From Azolla caroliniana (taxonomy: Eukaryota; Plantae; Polypodiophyta), in NCBI GenBank assembly GCA_043228905.1, contig JBHGNT010000015.1, positions 9,114,001-9,178,000 of the forward strand: a stretch of DNA of 64,000 nucleotides. Direction: 5' to 3'. The notes below the pieces were generated by a model. It saw only the letters and a list, made by a program, of their open reading frames with translations, was not told the DNA's origin and did no database searches. The translations under genes were made by a program, and so were the position numbers. Below are positions 36,232-47,334 of this stretch, piece by piece (the first letter of the stretch is position 1; each line of letters begins with the position of its first letter).

Positions 36232-37500
36232 TTGTATATGTGTCATGACAGTTTTGGACTACTTGAAGGCGACAAGTACCACTAAGAACATACAAGAGTT
36301 TCCTAAAGAATAGTAAACCATCATGACATTCGAATTGTCGATAGTCTGTACCTGGTTGTTGCGACTGTGAAGAAGATGCTCAAGAGGGATCAATTTGTGC
36401 TAGAATGGCTTGGGCGAAAGCATTTGTCTTCAAGTCCTCACGTATGGTATTTTGATAACGTGGGAATCCAAGGGCATATCGAAGACCTGTGTTGCTTGCA
36501 GTCGTGTCGGTCCCAAGATTACTTGCTTTTGGTTATCGAAAGTTGGCTCGCCGGGACACGGGGCTAGATACGAGCGTCATGGTAATGCATCTGCCTTCCC
36601 TTGTTGCTTCCCCGGACAATATGTAATTTTGAAGTCGAAACGAGTGAGGAATTGGGCCCACCGAGCTTGACGTCGATTTAACACACGAGCATTCTGAAAG
36701 TAGGCAAGGTTTTTCTGATCACTAAATATGGTGACTCAAAGAGACCCCTCTAGAAAATGCCTCCATTGCGTAAAAGAGTCCACTATTGCTAATAGCTCCT
36801 TATCATGAATTTCATAGTTGATTTCCGCGGCGTCAAACTTGCGTGAGTGGAAAGCCACGGGATGTAGCTTTTCATCATTGCCTTGTTGCGATAGAATGCT
36901 ACCCAAGGCGAAATCTGACGTGTCTCCTTCAATGATGAATAGTTTTTCTGGATCAACATGAGCTAAAATAGGAGCCGATGTTAATGCCTTCTTAAGACTC
37001 TCAAAAGCCATGTCTGCTTCTTTAGACCAAATGAACGATTATCCATTCCTGGTAAGTTGAGTGACAGGCAGAACAAGCTTTGAGTAATCCTGGATGAACT
37101 TGCGGTAAAAATTGGCAAAGCCGAAAAAGCATTGCACATCTCGCAATGAACGTGGAGTCTGCCACTCTACCACCGTTTTGACCTTAGCTAGATCCATGGA
37201 GATGACTTCTGAGGAAATGACATAACCCAGAAATTCTACCTGGTTGCACCTGAAACTACATTTTTCCAGCTTTGCATAAAGACCATGTTCTCGAAGTCCT
37301 TTTAGTACTAATAGTACATGAGAATCGTGCTCTTCTTGGGTCTTCGAATAAACCAGTAGATCATCCAAGAGATCTCGGAATATATCATTTGCCATGTGTT
37401 GGAAGACTGTTGGCACATTAGTGAGGCCAAATGGCATGACCGTATATACTCGAAGTGCCCATATTTGGTGCGAAACGCGGTCTCAGTACTAATCTTGACA

Positions 37501-38106
37501 ATCATCAATGGTCTCTCTAATTGCGTTCACATGAAAGATGGTAGTCCTGGAGCCCAAACCATTGATGCATACATGAGGGAGGGAGTCACTAATGAGTCAA
37601 AGAGCCACCCTTTAGTCCGTGGCTCTTGAAAGTATGCTTGATGGCATTGTCTCTCAATGAGTGAGACGGATGCATGTCCTCTCGTAAGTCTATCTTGAGC
37701 GGGCACTGAAAGTGATTCCAAGATAGACATATGATCCAACCACCTCAAATGGGCTATGGGAGATAGTTAGGTGACACTTAGCTCCAACTCGAGGCGATGT
37801 GTGGAAGATAAGGACTTTAGTTTTCCTTAGTTTCACTACCAATCCTCGTTGTGCGCAAAAGTCATCTACGGCATTAAGGTGCCATTGTAGGTCAGATTTA
37901 GAGAGCAAAACTATGTCGTCTGCATAGAGCAAGATATGAACCTGCATATCCCCAAGGACTATTCCATTGCCTCGAGCAATAAAATCTATGATCTCATCAA
38001 TGTAGATCCCAAAAAGAGTCGGAGATAGGGGGCAACCTTGTTTTACACCAACAGTGCTAGTGAAACAATTGGGTAGGCCACATGGGCATCGAACACACCC
38101 GGACAC
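37501..38106 (-). mobile_element. Non-LTR retrotransposon (LINE) RT fragment
   Basis: GVKQGCPLSPTLFGIYID, ILLYADDIVLL, KTKVL, YVYLGI motifs. Confidence 0.9.
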
Positions 38107-38230
38107 TCTTGATTTTTATACTCTTGACTCAAGTGAAATATTTCTGTTGCTTCGTGGTTTTCCCTAGTTTTAGGGTTTCCACGTAAATCATGTGTATTCT
38201 TATTTGTGTTTGTGTATCAAATTGTTTATA

Positions 38231-39349
38231 GGGAAAAGTACCAAGATACCCCTGGAAGTTTGTCTATTTACCAGAATGCCCCTGGAAGTTCCAAATTTAC
38301 CAAACTACCCCTATGTCCAAAAAAATACACTTTATAAAGTAATTATACACCCAAATCTACAAGCCCTATTAAACAGAATACCCTTAAACCTAAACTTATT
38401 TACCATAATGCCACTATATATCTATTTTGACCAATTTATACCACTTTTATTTTTCAAAATACATCATAAATCAAACTAAATTATCAAAATTAAATTATTT
38501 ATCAAAAATTTCAATTGAAAGGTTACCACAAAATCCAATTCTATGAATTTACACCGAGTTATACTGGCGTAATCCCATAAAACCAAAATTTGTGATTGAA
38601 GTGACCAAAATTAAATCTTAAAACCAAAACATTTGATCGCACACCAAATTTTACCATTGGGATGCCATTTTGAAGCCAAATTCCATGAATTTGCGGATTC
38701 ACAAACAATTTCGACAACATGTAATTATTACATTTCGATAATTAATTTTGGTTTGCGAGTGTAAAATCATGAAATTTGGTTTAACATGGCCTTTTAATAA
38801 CAAAGTGTTATGTGAGATTTCGTTTAAAATGACATTTTGGTAACAAAGTTTTTCGTGAGATTTGGTTTAACATTTTGGCTGCGATTTGTTTGTGAATTCG
38901 CAAATTCATGGAATTTGGCTTCAAAATGGCATCCCAATGGTAAAATTTGGTGTGCGATCAAATGTTTTGGTTTTAAGATTTAATTTTGGTCACTTCAATC
39001 ACAAATTTTGGTTTTATGGGATTAAGCCAGTATAACTCGGTGTAAATTCTTAGAATTGGATTTTATGGTGAGCGTTCAATTGAAATTTTTGATATATAAT
39101 TTAGTTTGATTTATGATGTATTTTGAAAAATAAAAGTGGTATAAATTGGTCAAAATAGGTATATAGTGGCATTATGGTAAATAAGTTTAGGTTTAAGGGT
39201 ATTCTAGTAAATAGGTCTTGTAAATTTGAGTGTATAATTACTTTATAAAGTGTATTTTTTTGGACATAGGGGTAGTTTGGTAAATGTGAAACTTCCAAGG
39301 GCATTACGGTAAATAGACGAACTTCCAGGGGTATCCTGGTACTTTTCCC
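38231..39349. mobile_element. Non-autonomous Mutator-like foldback element with ~480-bp TIRs and a 9-bp TSD (TTGTTTATA)
   Basis: Ends GGGAAAAGTACC...GGTACTTTTCCC. TTGTTTATA at 38222-38230 and 39350-39358. Arms at about 38231-38710 and 38885-39349. Inserted in a copia LTR remnant (about 38107-39393). Confidence 0.92.
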
Positions 39350-40136
39350 TTGTTTATATTGGTTTATCTTTGATTCTAAGGATATCATCAAACATTATTC
39401 TTTGTTTAATGTACAACAAATATTGTCGATAAAGTGGTCATACCGTAACTCCCTACTTGCATTTCTGACAACGGCGTTGGAGAGAAAAGTGGGGGTTAAA
39501 CTCTTTAGGGAGATTTCCAACATTTCAAAGTTATATTATATTGTGGGCTGTGGCATACATACAAGTTTGAAGTATGTATAAAGTTTTACCAACTTTCCCT
39601 TGTGCGTCTGCGTGTGTCAATGAACAAGTTGTTGACTCTTCCGTGGATGACGGTAAGTTTCCCTCCATACATGGATGGGTTTTTATAACTTTATGCTTTC
39701 TACCTTTGCGGGGTTGATTTTCTTCGAGAATTAGTCTGAACTCTCTTTATCGAGTCAAGAAGATAACCGTCCATTAGAAGTCGCCTAATCCTGATGAATC
39801 TATGACTTCAACCATTTTCGTTCACTTTCAATGGAGCATGCCAGATGTGCGTTATCGCTTGTTGCATATTACATATTACAGATACATACATAGCTATTTA
39901 ATTAATTATCTCTTCTTTATTTGAGAATACATACTACATCCGCAGTTCAGAGGAATAGGTTGTCTTTTTCTGTACAGAATGTAATAACTGATTACAAATG
40001 AATCATATAAATGGTAATGGGGTAGGGTTCATTGTTCCCCGCCCCCCTAGTTTCTCTTTTTTGGTTTTTGAGGGCTTTAGAAACGATCCAAATGCTATGT
40101 ATGCGCATGTTTGCTTTGAAGCATTTCCGTCCTTCT

Positions 40137-40799
40137 TCATTTTTGAAGAAGAGGTTTGTGGTCGTAGGTATGATGATGATGAAGAGGAGGAGGAGGATGT
40201 TGTGGGGGTCTCCTGAGTGGGGCTAGCACGGGGCAGAGACCTTCCATCGTGGAAGCCACATCTGCCATGGTGGGTCTAGCGTTAGGGCTCCCATCCACGC
40301 ACACTATTGCTAGCTTCAGGGCTTTGTCGATGTACTCTGGCCAGAGGCATGACTTGAGAATGGCTTGATCTATGACGTCGCGACCCCTCTGGGATGTATG
40401 CATCCCAATTGCCCAATCTCTCAAATACGTCGCCTTTTCCCTCACGTACCACACTGCTTTTGCACCTGTGATGAGCTCCAACAGCACCACCCCATAACTA
40501 TAAACATCCGATTTCTCGGTGTACTTGTTGTTGGCAACAGCCTCTGGTGCGGTGTATCCGGGCGTTTCCACCACCACTCCCACATTACCACCAGGCCTCC
40601 CCGACACCATTTGAATGAGCCCAAAGTCGCACACTTTTGGAAGGAAATCTTCTTGAAGCAAGATGTTGGTAGACTTGAGGTCTCCATGGATAACTTTTCG
40701 GCTGTGTAGGTAAGCCATGCCTTGGGCTACACCCAAGGCTATTCTATGCCTTGTAGACCAATCAGGAAGACTTAGTAACAACGTTGTTGATGATGATCC

Positions 40800-40832
<33 letters not shown>

Positions 40833-42683
40833 GGGAAGATGGTGGAGGTGGTAATAGAGGGTACCCCTGGGAACGTAGTCATAGAAGACTGCCTTCTCCA
40901 CTGGGTTTGAATAGAAGCCCCGGATGCACAGCAGGTTCTTGTGCTTGAGAAGGGCAAGCGTATCCAGCTGTTTCTCGAACAAGGAAGTCATGATGGTGGA
41001 AGAAGCTTTGAAGACCTTGATAGCCATGTAAGAAGAAGAAGAAGAAGAAGAAGAAGATGATGATGATGAAGTCCTCATCGTCTGCATCATGCCTTCTGCT
41101 GCATCATCATCTCTACCTGATTTAGAGTTACTAATACTAATACTACTACTACTATTATTGAGGGTGTGTACGACGACTGAACGATAGACAGTGGAGAACC
41201 TCCCTTTGCCGAGCACATGGGCGGTGTCAAAATAGCCTGCATTCGCGACTATCTCCTCGTAGCTATATTTGTTGAAGCTCTGCCGAAAGACTCGGAACCT
41301 TGATTGTTTCCGCGTCTCTTGGATGTCCGTGCTAAACCAGTTGAGGTGGTCAGCACCACCAACCTGCTGCTGCACATTAACTGACTTCTCTTCTTCAACA
41401 TGGCGTCGCCGCCTGGACATGGTGACAAACACAACCAAGAACAGAAGGAGGACGGCCCCGCAGATGCTTCCAGCTACACTGCCCACAATCAATTGCTTCT
41501 GTTTGGTGCGGCTGCTCTTGCTCGACTGCTGCTGCGGCTGCGAAGAAGAAGAAGAAGAAGAAGAAGAAGAAGGATCATCATCATGGATGTCATACTTCCC
41601 AGCTTGTGGCGGTGGCGGTGGCGGGAAACCACATAGAGCATTATTAGATAGAGGGGCCCCACATAAATCAGGATTGCCTTCAAATGATGAGGCATTGAAC
41701 AAGGCAAAGCTGCTGGGTATTTGCCCACTCAACTGGTTGAAGGAGACATTGAATTTTCCAGCCTGCAACTTGGGGGTACCCAGTGACGATGGCAATGGGC
41801 CGGTCAGGGAGTTATTCTCAACCGTGAATGATCTGAGCCACCTTAGGCTCCCCATACTGTCCGGCAAATTTCCAGAAAGTTGGTTATGTCCGGCATAAAA
41901 CCATCTAAGAGAAATACTAGCGCCGATCCCATCCGGAATATTCCCGCTTATATTGTTGAATTCGATCGCAAAGTACTGCAACCTTGTCATGTTTCCGCCC
42001 AAAAGCCCAGATGGGATTTGGCCCGTCAGTTGGTTTTGCTCCAATCTCAGGTTCTCTATGTTTGTTGCCTGACTCAAGAGAACAGGGATCTCCCCGCCTA
42101 ATTGATTTTTATAGAGAGACACATTCTGAAGTTGGGTGAAATTGGTCCAGATCTTAGGGAGAGGTCCTGAGAGTTTATTTCTGGACAAATCCAATGCTTT
42201 CAAATATTTAAGGTGGGTGATTTCGGTTGGGATCTGGCCAACCAGATTGTTATTGGAGAGATCAAGCCATTCAAGGTATGCCAGGTCTTTAATGGATGGG
42301 CTGATGGTTTGACCTCCAGGGATTGCTGTGTCCTTCAAAAGGCCTGGCAGGGAGATCTGGATGACATGGTCAGACGATGAAGCAGCATCATCATGTTTAC
42401 AGGTGACGCCTGCCCACCTGTCACGGCAGGGGTTGGGCGAACCGGATGAGCTCCAACTTGAAAGGCCATTTGGGTTATTCAACCCTGCCTTCAACTGCAG
42501 AAGTGCCTCCACCTCCACAGCTCCTTGCCCACTCACCCACCTCTCGGGTGGTAATAGGAGGAGATGGGCTATTATAATTATATTAATTACAAATGCAATG
42601 AAACACAACTTACTGGACCTACTCTTCTTCATGACAATATACACAACTGGAGGAAGAAGAAGGGTTACAGCACCCATCATCAT
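40137..42683 (-). CDS. Intronless leucine-rich-repeat receptor-like kinase, non-RD type, 848 aa
   Basis: Hydrophobic N-terminus, LRR N-cap (WS...PC..RWAGVTC), about 8 plant LRRs (LxLSxNxLxGxIP), GNPDLCG cap, TM helix followed by RRRR. Kinase motifs GKGRFSTVY, AIK, HGDLKSTNILL, DFG, APE, SDVYSYG. Confidence 0.95.
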
Positions 42684-42861
42684 AATGTTAAATTTAATTT
42701 ATTTGTTGATAAGCCTCCCGATTGAACCCAGAAAACAAAAGCTCAACTGAATTATTGCCAATGTTTCTGATGATTATAATCGTGTCGATGGCTTACAATT
42801 AATAAATGAGTACCAGCTAGTCGCCGCTACAGAGAAATTAAACAAGCATCTGAGCCCTGGG

Positions 42862-43390
42862 GTATGTGTGTGTGTGTGTGTTGTACTAATTCATGAAATC
42901 ACACACACACACACCAAGTATTATTGTTGTCTTAGCCACAGAGAGAGAGAGAGGGAACGCGCTGATTGGCGTCGACTTCGTTGGGTAACCAGACGCGTCA
43001 ATCGCAAGCAAGAAGTGACGTATTGTTAGATATGCTCTTAACTACTATTACTATTACTTGTTGAACATTTCGCCCCCAAAGAACTTGTTCGGTTTGGTGG
43101 CCCCCTCTCATATTTGTATTTGTCGGTATCTACACTCAATATCCTAAAAACAATGGTCGCGGGTTGACACACAGACAGACAGACAGAGAGAGAGAGAGAG
43201 AGAGAGTCTGTGTTGTGTGTATGAACTAATGAATGATGGATGGACTTTGAAAATTTCCTCTCTCTCTCTCTCTCTCTCTGTCTCTCTATTCCGAATGTGT
43301 TCATTTGCCAATCCGGCTCTTTCTCTGCTTTTCCACACATGCATCCTCTCTTTTCTTTTGGATAAATCCCCTCTTTCTTTCTCTCTCTCA
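42862..43390. promoter_or_regulatory. Microsatellite-rich upstream region of the RLK: (TG)n/(CA)n and (GA)n/(TC)n tracts
   Basis: Read directly from the sequence. GA repeats are known BPC/BBR binding sites in plants; function here is inferred. Confidence 0.45.
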
Positions 43391-44475
43391 TTTGTGTTGT
43401 TGAGAACGCAGAGATATTATTTTCATAATGAAAAAATCAATTACCATGTCAAATAAAATTATAATTAATATAAACAAAGAGGGTGTGTGTGTGTGGATAG
43501 GGATAGGACAAACCAAACCACGACTTTTTCATCTCTCAAATCTTATAAAACAATCCTTCTTGGATAACAAAGACCATCATCCATCCATTGTCTAAACTTG
43601 GTAAGAGGAACAACTAACCTTATAGAGTCTAGGATCAAGTATACTCCAATTATGTATATATACAATAATACACATGGCATGCATCCCCTAACGCATGCTA
43701 AACTTCAAACCTCTATGGTGCTTGTGAAGAACAAATTTTTGTTGTTTGCTGTGGAAACCACTTTTCACCCTTAGAAAATTAGACTAAGGTTGTCTAAATG
43801 AGTGCTTAAAAGAAAAAGGTCTTATTATTAAAAAGCAAGTCTTGTTGCAAACCGCAAGGTGAGCGATGATAATTAAACATTCAAAGAAGAAGATGGTTTT
43901 GTAGTTTGGTACTTTGCTAGCACACTAAGGAACAATGGAAAATGACAATGTTGAATTTTGTAGATGGGTTAGCCATTTATTATAACAACCTATTATACAT
44001 AATCAAACCTTGAATTGTATTCTCAAGCTTGTTCTTTAGTTCACTTCCTCAATTGTCTCTATATTGTTAAGTGTCTGCCATGAGGGGCACAAGTTATGGA
44101 GACATTGACACCAACAACATACATAGAGCTAAAGAAACACTAGGAAAAGGGGAATATAGTAAATGTTCCAAGAAAGCTTATAGCCAAAGAGCCCGCTCTA
44201 TTTTGAAAGGAGCAAACCAAATTGTAATACGGTGTCGCAATGTCATGGAGGAATCCGACCGCTATGAGAAAAACTCGTTGATCGCGTGGGAACAAGGCAA
44301 GGATGTGCACATTGGCACATCAAATGGTCCTTGTATGAAACAAATGTAGATAATGAGAATATTAATAAGTACAAGACAATACTACTTTAATAGGTACTTT
44401 TATGATCCAACGAAAAGACAGGAATTATAGTGTCTAAGGGCACAAAATTGAGGGAGAATCTCCGACAAAAGCAGT

Positions 44476-46290
44476 TGTCATAACTCGTGATGTAACGGTT
44501 CCTCCTTGAGATATAATAGGGGCAGAAGCAGACTAAAAAGGGGATAAGTCGTTTCGGAGGGGAAGGTGTTGCCGGATTGGGAAGCGAAGTGTTGTAAGTT
44601 TTCTACTCTATGCATTCGTTTAGGTAGCCTAGTGAGGCCTCTGCTCTCGTAGAAAGGCCGTGTGCTCCCAACCAAAGGCTCACTAGTTCATGTTTGTCTG
44701 TCGAGCTCGAAGCTCTGTTAATCGGCCGGAGGATATCTCTTGTATTCTCCCTTTGTCTTAAATTGATTTTTGAGTTTTGTTGTGTCTGAGGTGCTTTCTA
44801 ATGTTCTCTCTTTTGTGTTAATAGTTTACTCCCTCCCTGTCTTTGTAACCGGAGAGTTACCATCTTTCCCCCCTCAGTTCTATGCTTACCTACTTGAGCC
44901 TGAGAGCCCGTGTGCTCATCTTCTAGGATTTGGTGATAGGACCAGATCAAATACAACGCTACGAGCCCATCTGCTCAATTTGGACTCTAGCGACCGAGCC
45001 GGATAAGCCATTGCAAATGTTTACAAGCCGCTCATTCTCAGGCTCCTTGGTCCGAGACCCTGGTGGTCCCGTCCAAGCCGTGGATATCTGCTACATATTT
45101 GGTCAACCCGATGTTTTCATGAGGATTTTCAGCTATGGTGAGAAAACTGAGTGGGACGAATAAAATTGTGCAGACATGCATATGCACTTAATAAATTTGT
45201 AAATAGGAATAAGAAAAAACAATGTATAAGGAAAGGGTAAAATATAAGGTGCTAAAAGTGCACTACGAAGTTCGTGAAGTACAAATGTGATGTGCACTTA
45301 GGTGCACATGTAAACTAAGGGGAGTGCATGGGAGTAAGGGTGTAATAAGTAGAGGGCATGATGGTGCGTGTGAAAATGAGAGGAGAGGGAGTTAAGGTCC
45401 CATCAATCTGTCCCAAGATCAATGCAAATATTCCCCTTTGAAAATAGAGGAATATTTGGCCTCTCCTTTTGTAATGAGCCTCACCCCTTTCTACTATAAA
45501 AGGGGGTGAGGGTTCACCATTGAGAGGGTCGCCATTTTGTCATTTTGAGGTAGACCGTTAGAGTTTTCTTTTCTTCTTCTTCATCTTGTCCCTATTTTGT
45601 TTTAGGGTTTCGTTTGGTCATCATGATAGTAGTTAGGAAGGTTTAGGGTTTCCTTCTCTCTCTCTCTTTAGTCATTGTCGTTTCTTGTAGTTGTCCTTGA
45701 GTCTGACCTAAATGGCCGCGGTTGAAATCATATTGTGGCATCGTGTCGTATAATGGAATTAGTGTCATAAACCTTGGATCTTCTAGTTCTTAATTGTGTT
45801 AATCTCTTGTACATTACTCCTACCTTTTTGAGCTTGGAGGCCGCAAGGGATAAACTGCCGCTTTCCCTTTTACTCCCTAGTCCAAGAACCCCATGGCCTG
45901 CCTTATCCAACATGTGCATGTGGATATCCGCGACATCTTTGGTGAACCCGACGTGAAAGGGCTGCAAGGCATGATGATGATGGAGGAACAAGTTTTCGAG
46001 GAGATCCCCGATGTTTCAACAAGGGCAAGGACCCAAAATTTTTAAAACCTACAATGGCGAGATGACGATGAGGAATGTGGATGAGGCAATGAGGCTAAAG
46101 TATTTCTGTCGGTGGTGATCATATCAATACATACGGAGGTTAGAGAGCTTCAAGAAGCTCACGAGTCGTGGGTGTCCTTCGAAGAGGCTCTATTGGAGGC
46201 ATATGGTTACGAGAAACTGAGGGGAGTTGACGAGGTCAGCACGAGTTTGACCAATAGGTAGCATCGGTGAAGACCCATCCCTTGCTCAGT
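44476..46290 (+). mobile_element. Highly decayed LTR-like and gag-like remnants
   Basis: TATA within a hairpin at 45479-45511, (CT)n tract, tttagggttt motifs. Similar segments at about 45080-45115 and 45920-45955. Boundaries uncertain. Confidence 0.4.
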
Positions 46291-46301
46291 GAAGCATTCT
46301 A

Positions 46302-47334
46302 TTGAGAGATCAAGCTCAACTTAATTTAGTTAGGTAGTCAAGCATGTAACTTCATAGTTACCTAGAAAGAATCTAGTTAGAAGTGTTGACTATAACGCCT
46401 TAAATAGGACCTTGTACTTAAGTGGGATATTCTAGATCCTCCACTCCTAAGTACATTTACTATAGGACTTACACGTTTGTACCTATATTATCCTCACACA
46501 TGTGCACCCTTGCACATGAGATCTATATATACCTCATTGTAGGTATTTTTGTATTTGATGATGATAATGCTAATGTAATATAGTTACTCATCTCCCATCT
46601 TGTGTTGTTCATAAGTGTATCTCTCTCTCTCTCTTCCTCTCACACACATACACACACATATCACATAATCTTCCGCTTAGCTTAATTACATAAATAGGTA
46701 TTAATTAACCCATACTTAATTACCTAATTATTAACAGTATCAGAGCGTGTGGTTTAGAAAATCCACTAAGCCCACCCGACTCCGTGATTGTGTGTTCGAG
46801 ATGCCGACGACAAAATCCGGCTATCGGCTACCGTTGTGCCGTTACGTAGCACGTGTACGTGATCGAAGGAAGAAAAGCAAAAGAAGAGAAGACACTACAA
46901 TCAACATGAACACACAAATGGGTAGCTCGCCCCCTAGTGAAAAGCCAGACCAGAGCAATTATTCATCTTGGGAATACAAGATGACCCAATACCTCGTCAG
47001 CCAAGGGTATTAGAGCTACATCAACGGTGCTCAAGAAAATCAACCGGACCCAAAAAACGCCGACTACTCAACATGGGAGCAAGCGGCGAGTTGAGTCATG
47101 TATTGCTTGGCAACATGTGTCCACGACCACATGCTTAGCCACATTCGAGACGCCAAGACGCCCAAAGAGGCGTGGGAGAACTTAAAGAAAATGTTCGCTG
47201 CCAACACGACCGCTCGAGGTAATTTTGTATTTGAGGATGATACTGCTAATTTAGTATTGTTACTCATCCCCCATCTTGTGTTGTTCATAAGTGTATCTCT
47301 CTCTCTCTCTCTCTTCCTCTCACACATACACACA
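46302..47334 (+). mobile_element. Deleted copia derivative: LTR about 46302-46736, partial PBS (gtatcagagc), gag start, repeated LTR segment
   Basis: gag MGSSPPSEKPDQSNYSSWEYKM. 47219-47334 repeats 46541-46656. Confidence 0.75.

Larger units (their letters stand above)
31598..37500 (+). mobile_element. Decayed chromovirus (Tcn1/Tf1-like gypsy) with an internal inversion at 34714-37480
   Basis: 5' LTR 31598-32443 ends CTTGACA. Plus strand: gag from 32558 (LRQG, PMEID), protease ALLDSRANSCF, RT start [10 protein letters not shown]. Minus strand: rest of RT, RH, integrase, chromodomain (EYEVAAILDS...TWE), PPT and LTR part 34714-34958. LTR terminus ctcagtactaatcttgaca reappears at 37482-37500. 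Confidence 0.9.

Noticed and set aside
38192-39391. Two near-identical 95-96 aa ORFs on opposite strands
   Set aside because: They are mirror translations of the foldback TIRs with no protein motif.
41269-41898. 209-aa antisense ORF overlapping the RLK
   Set aside because: It is a shadow ORF of the LRR and microsatellite codons, with no independent evidence.
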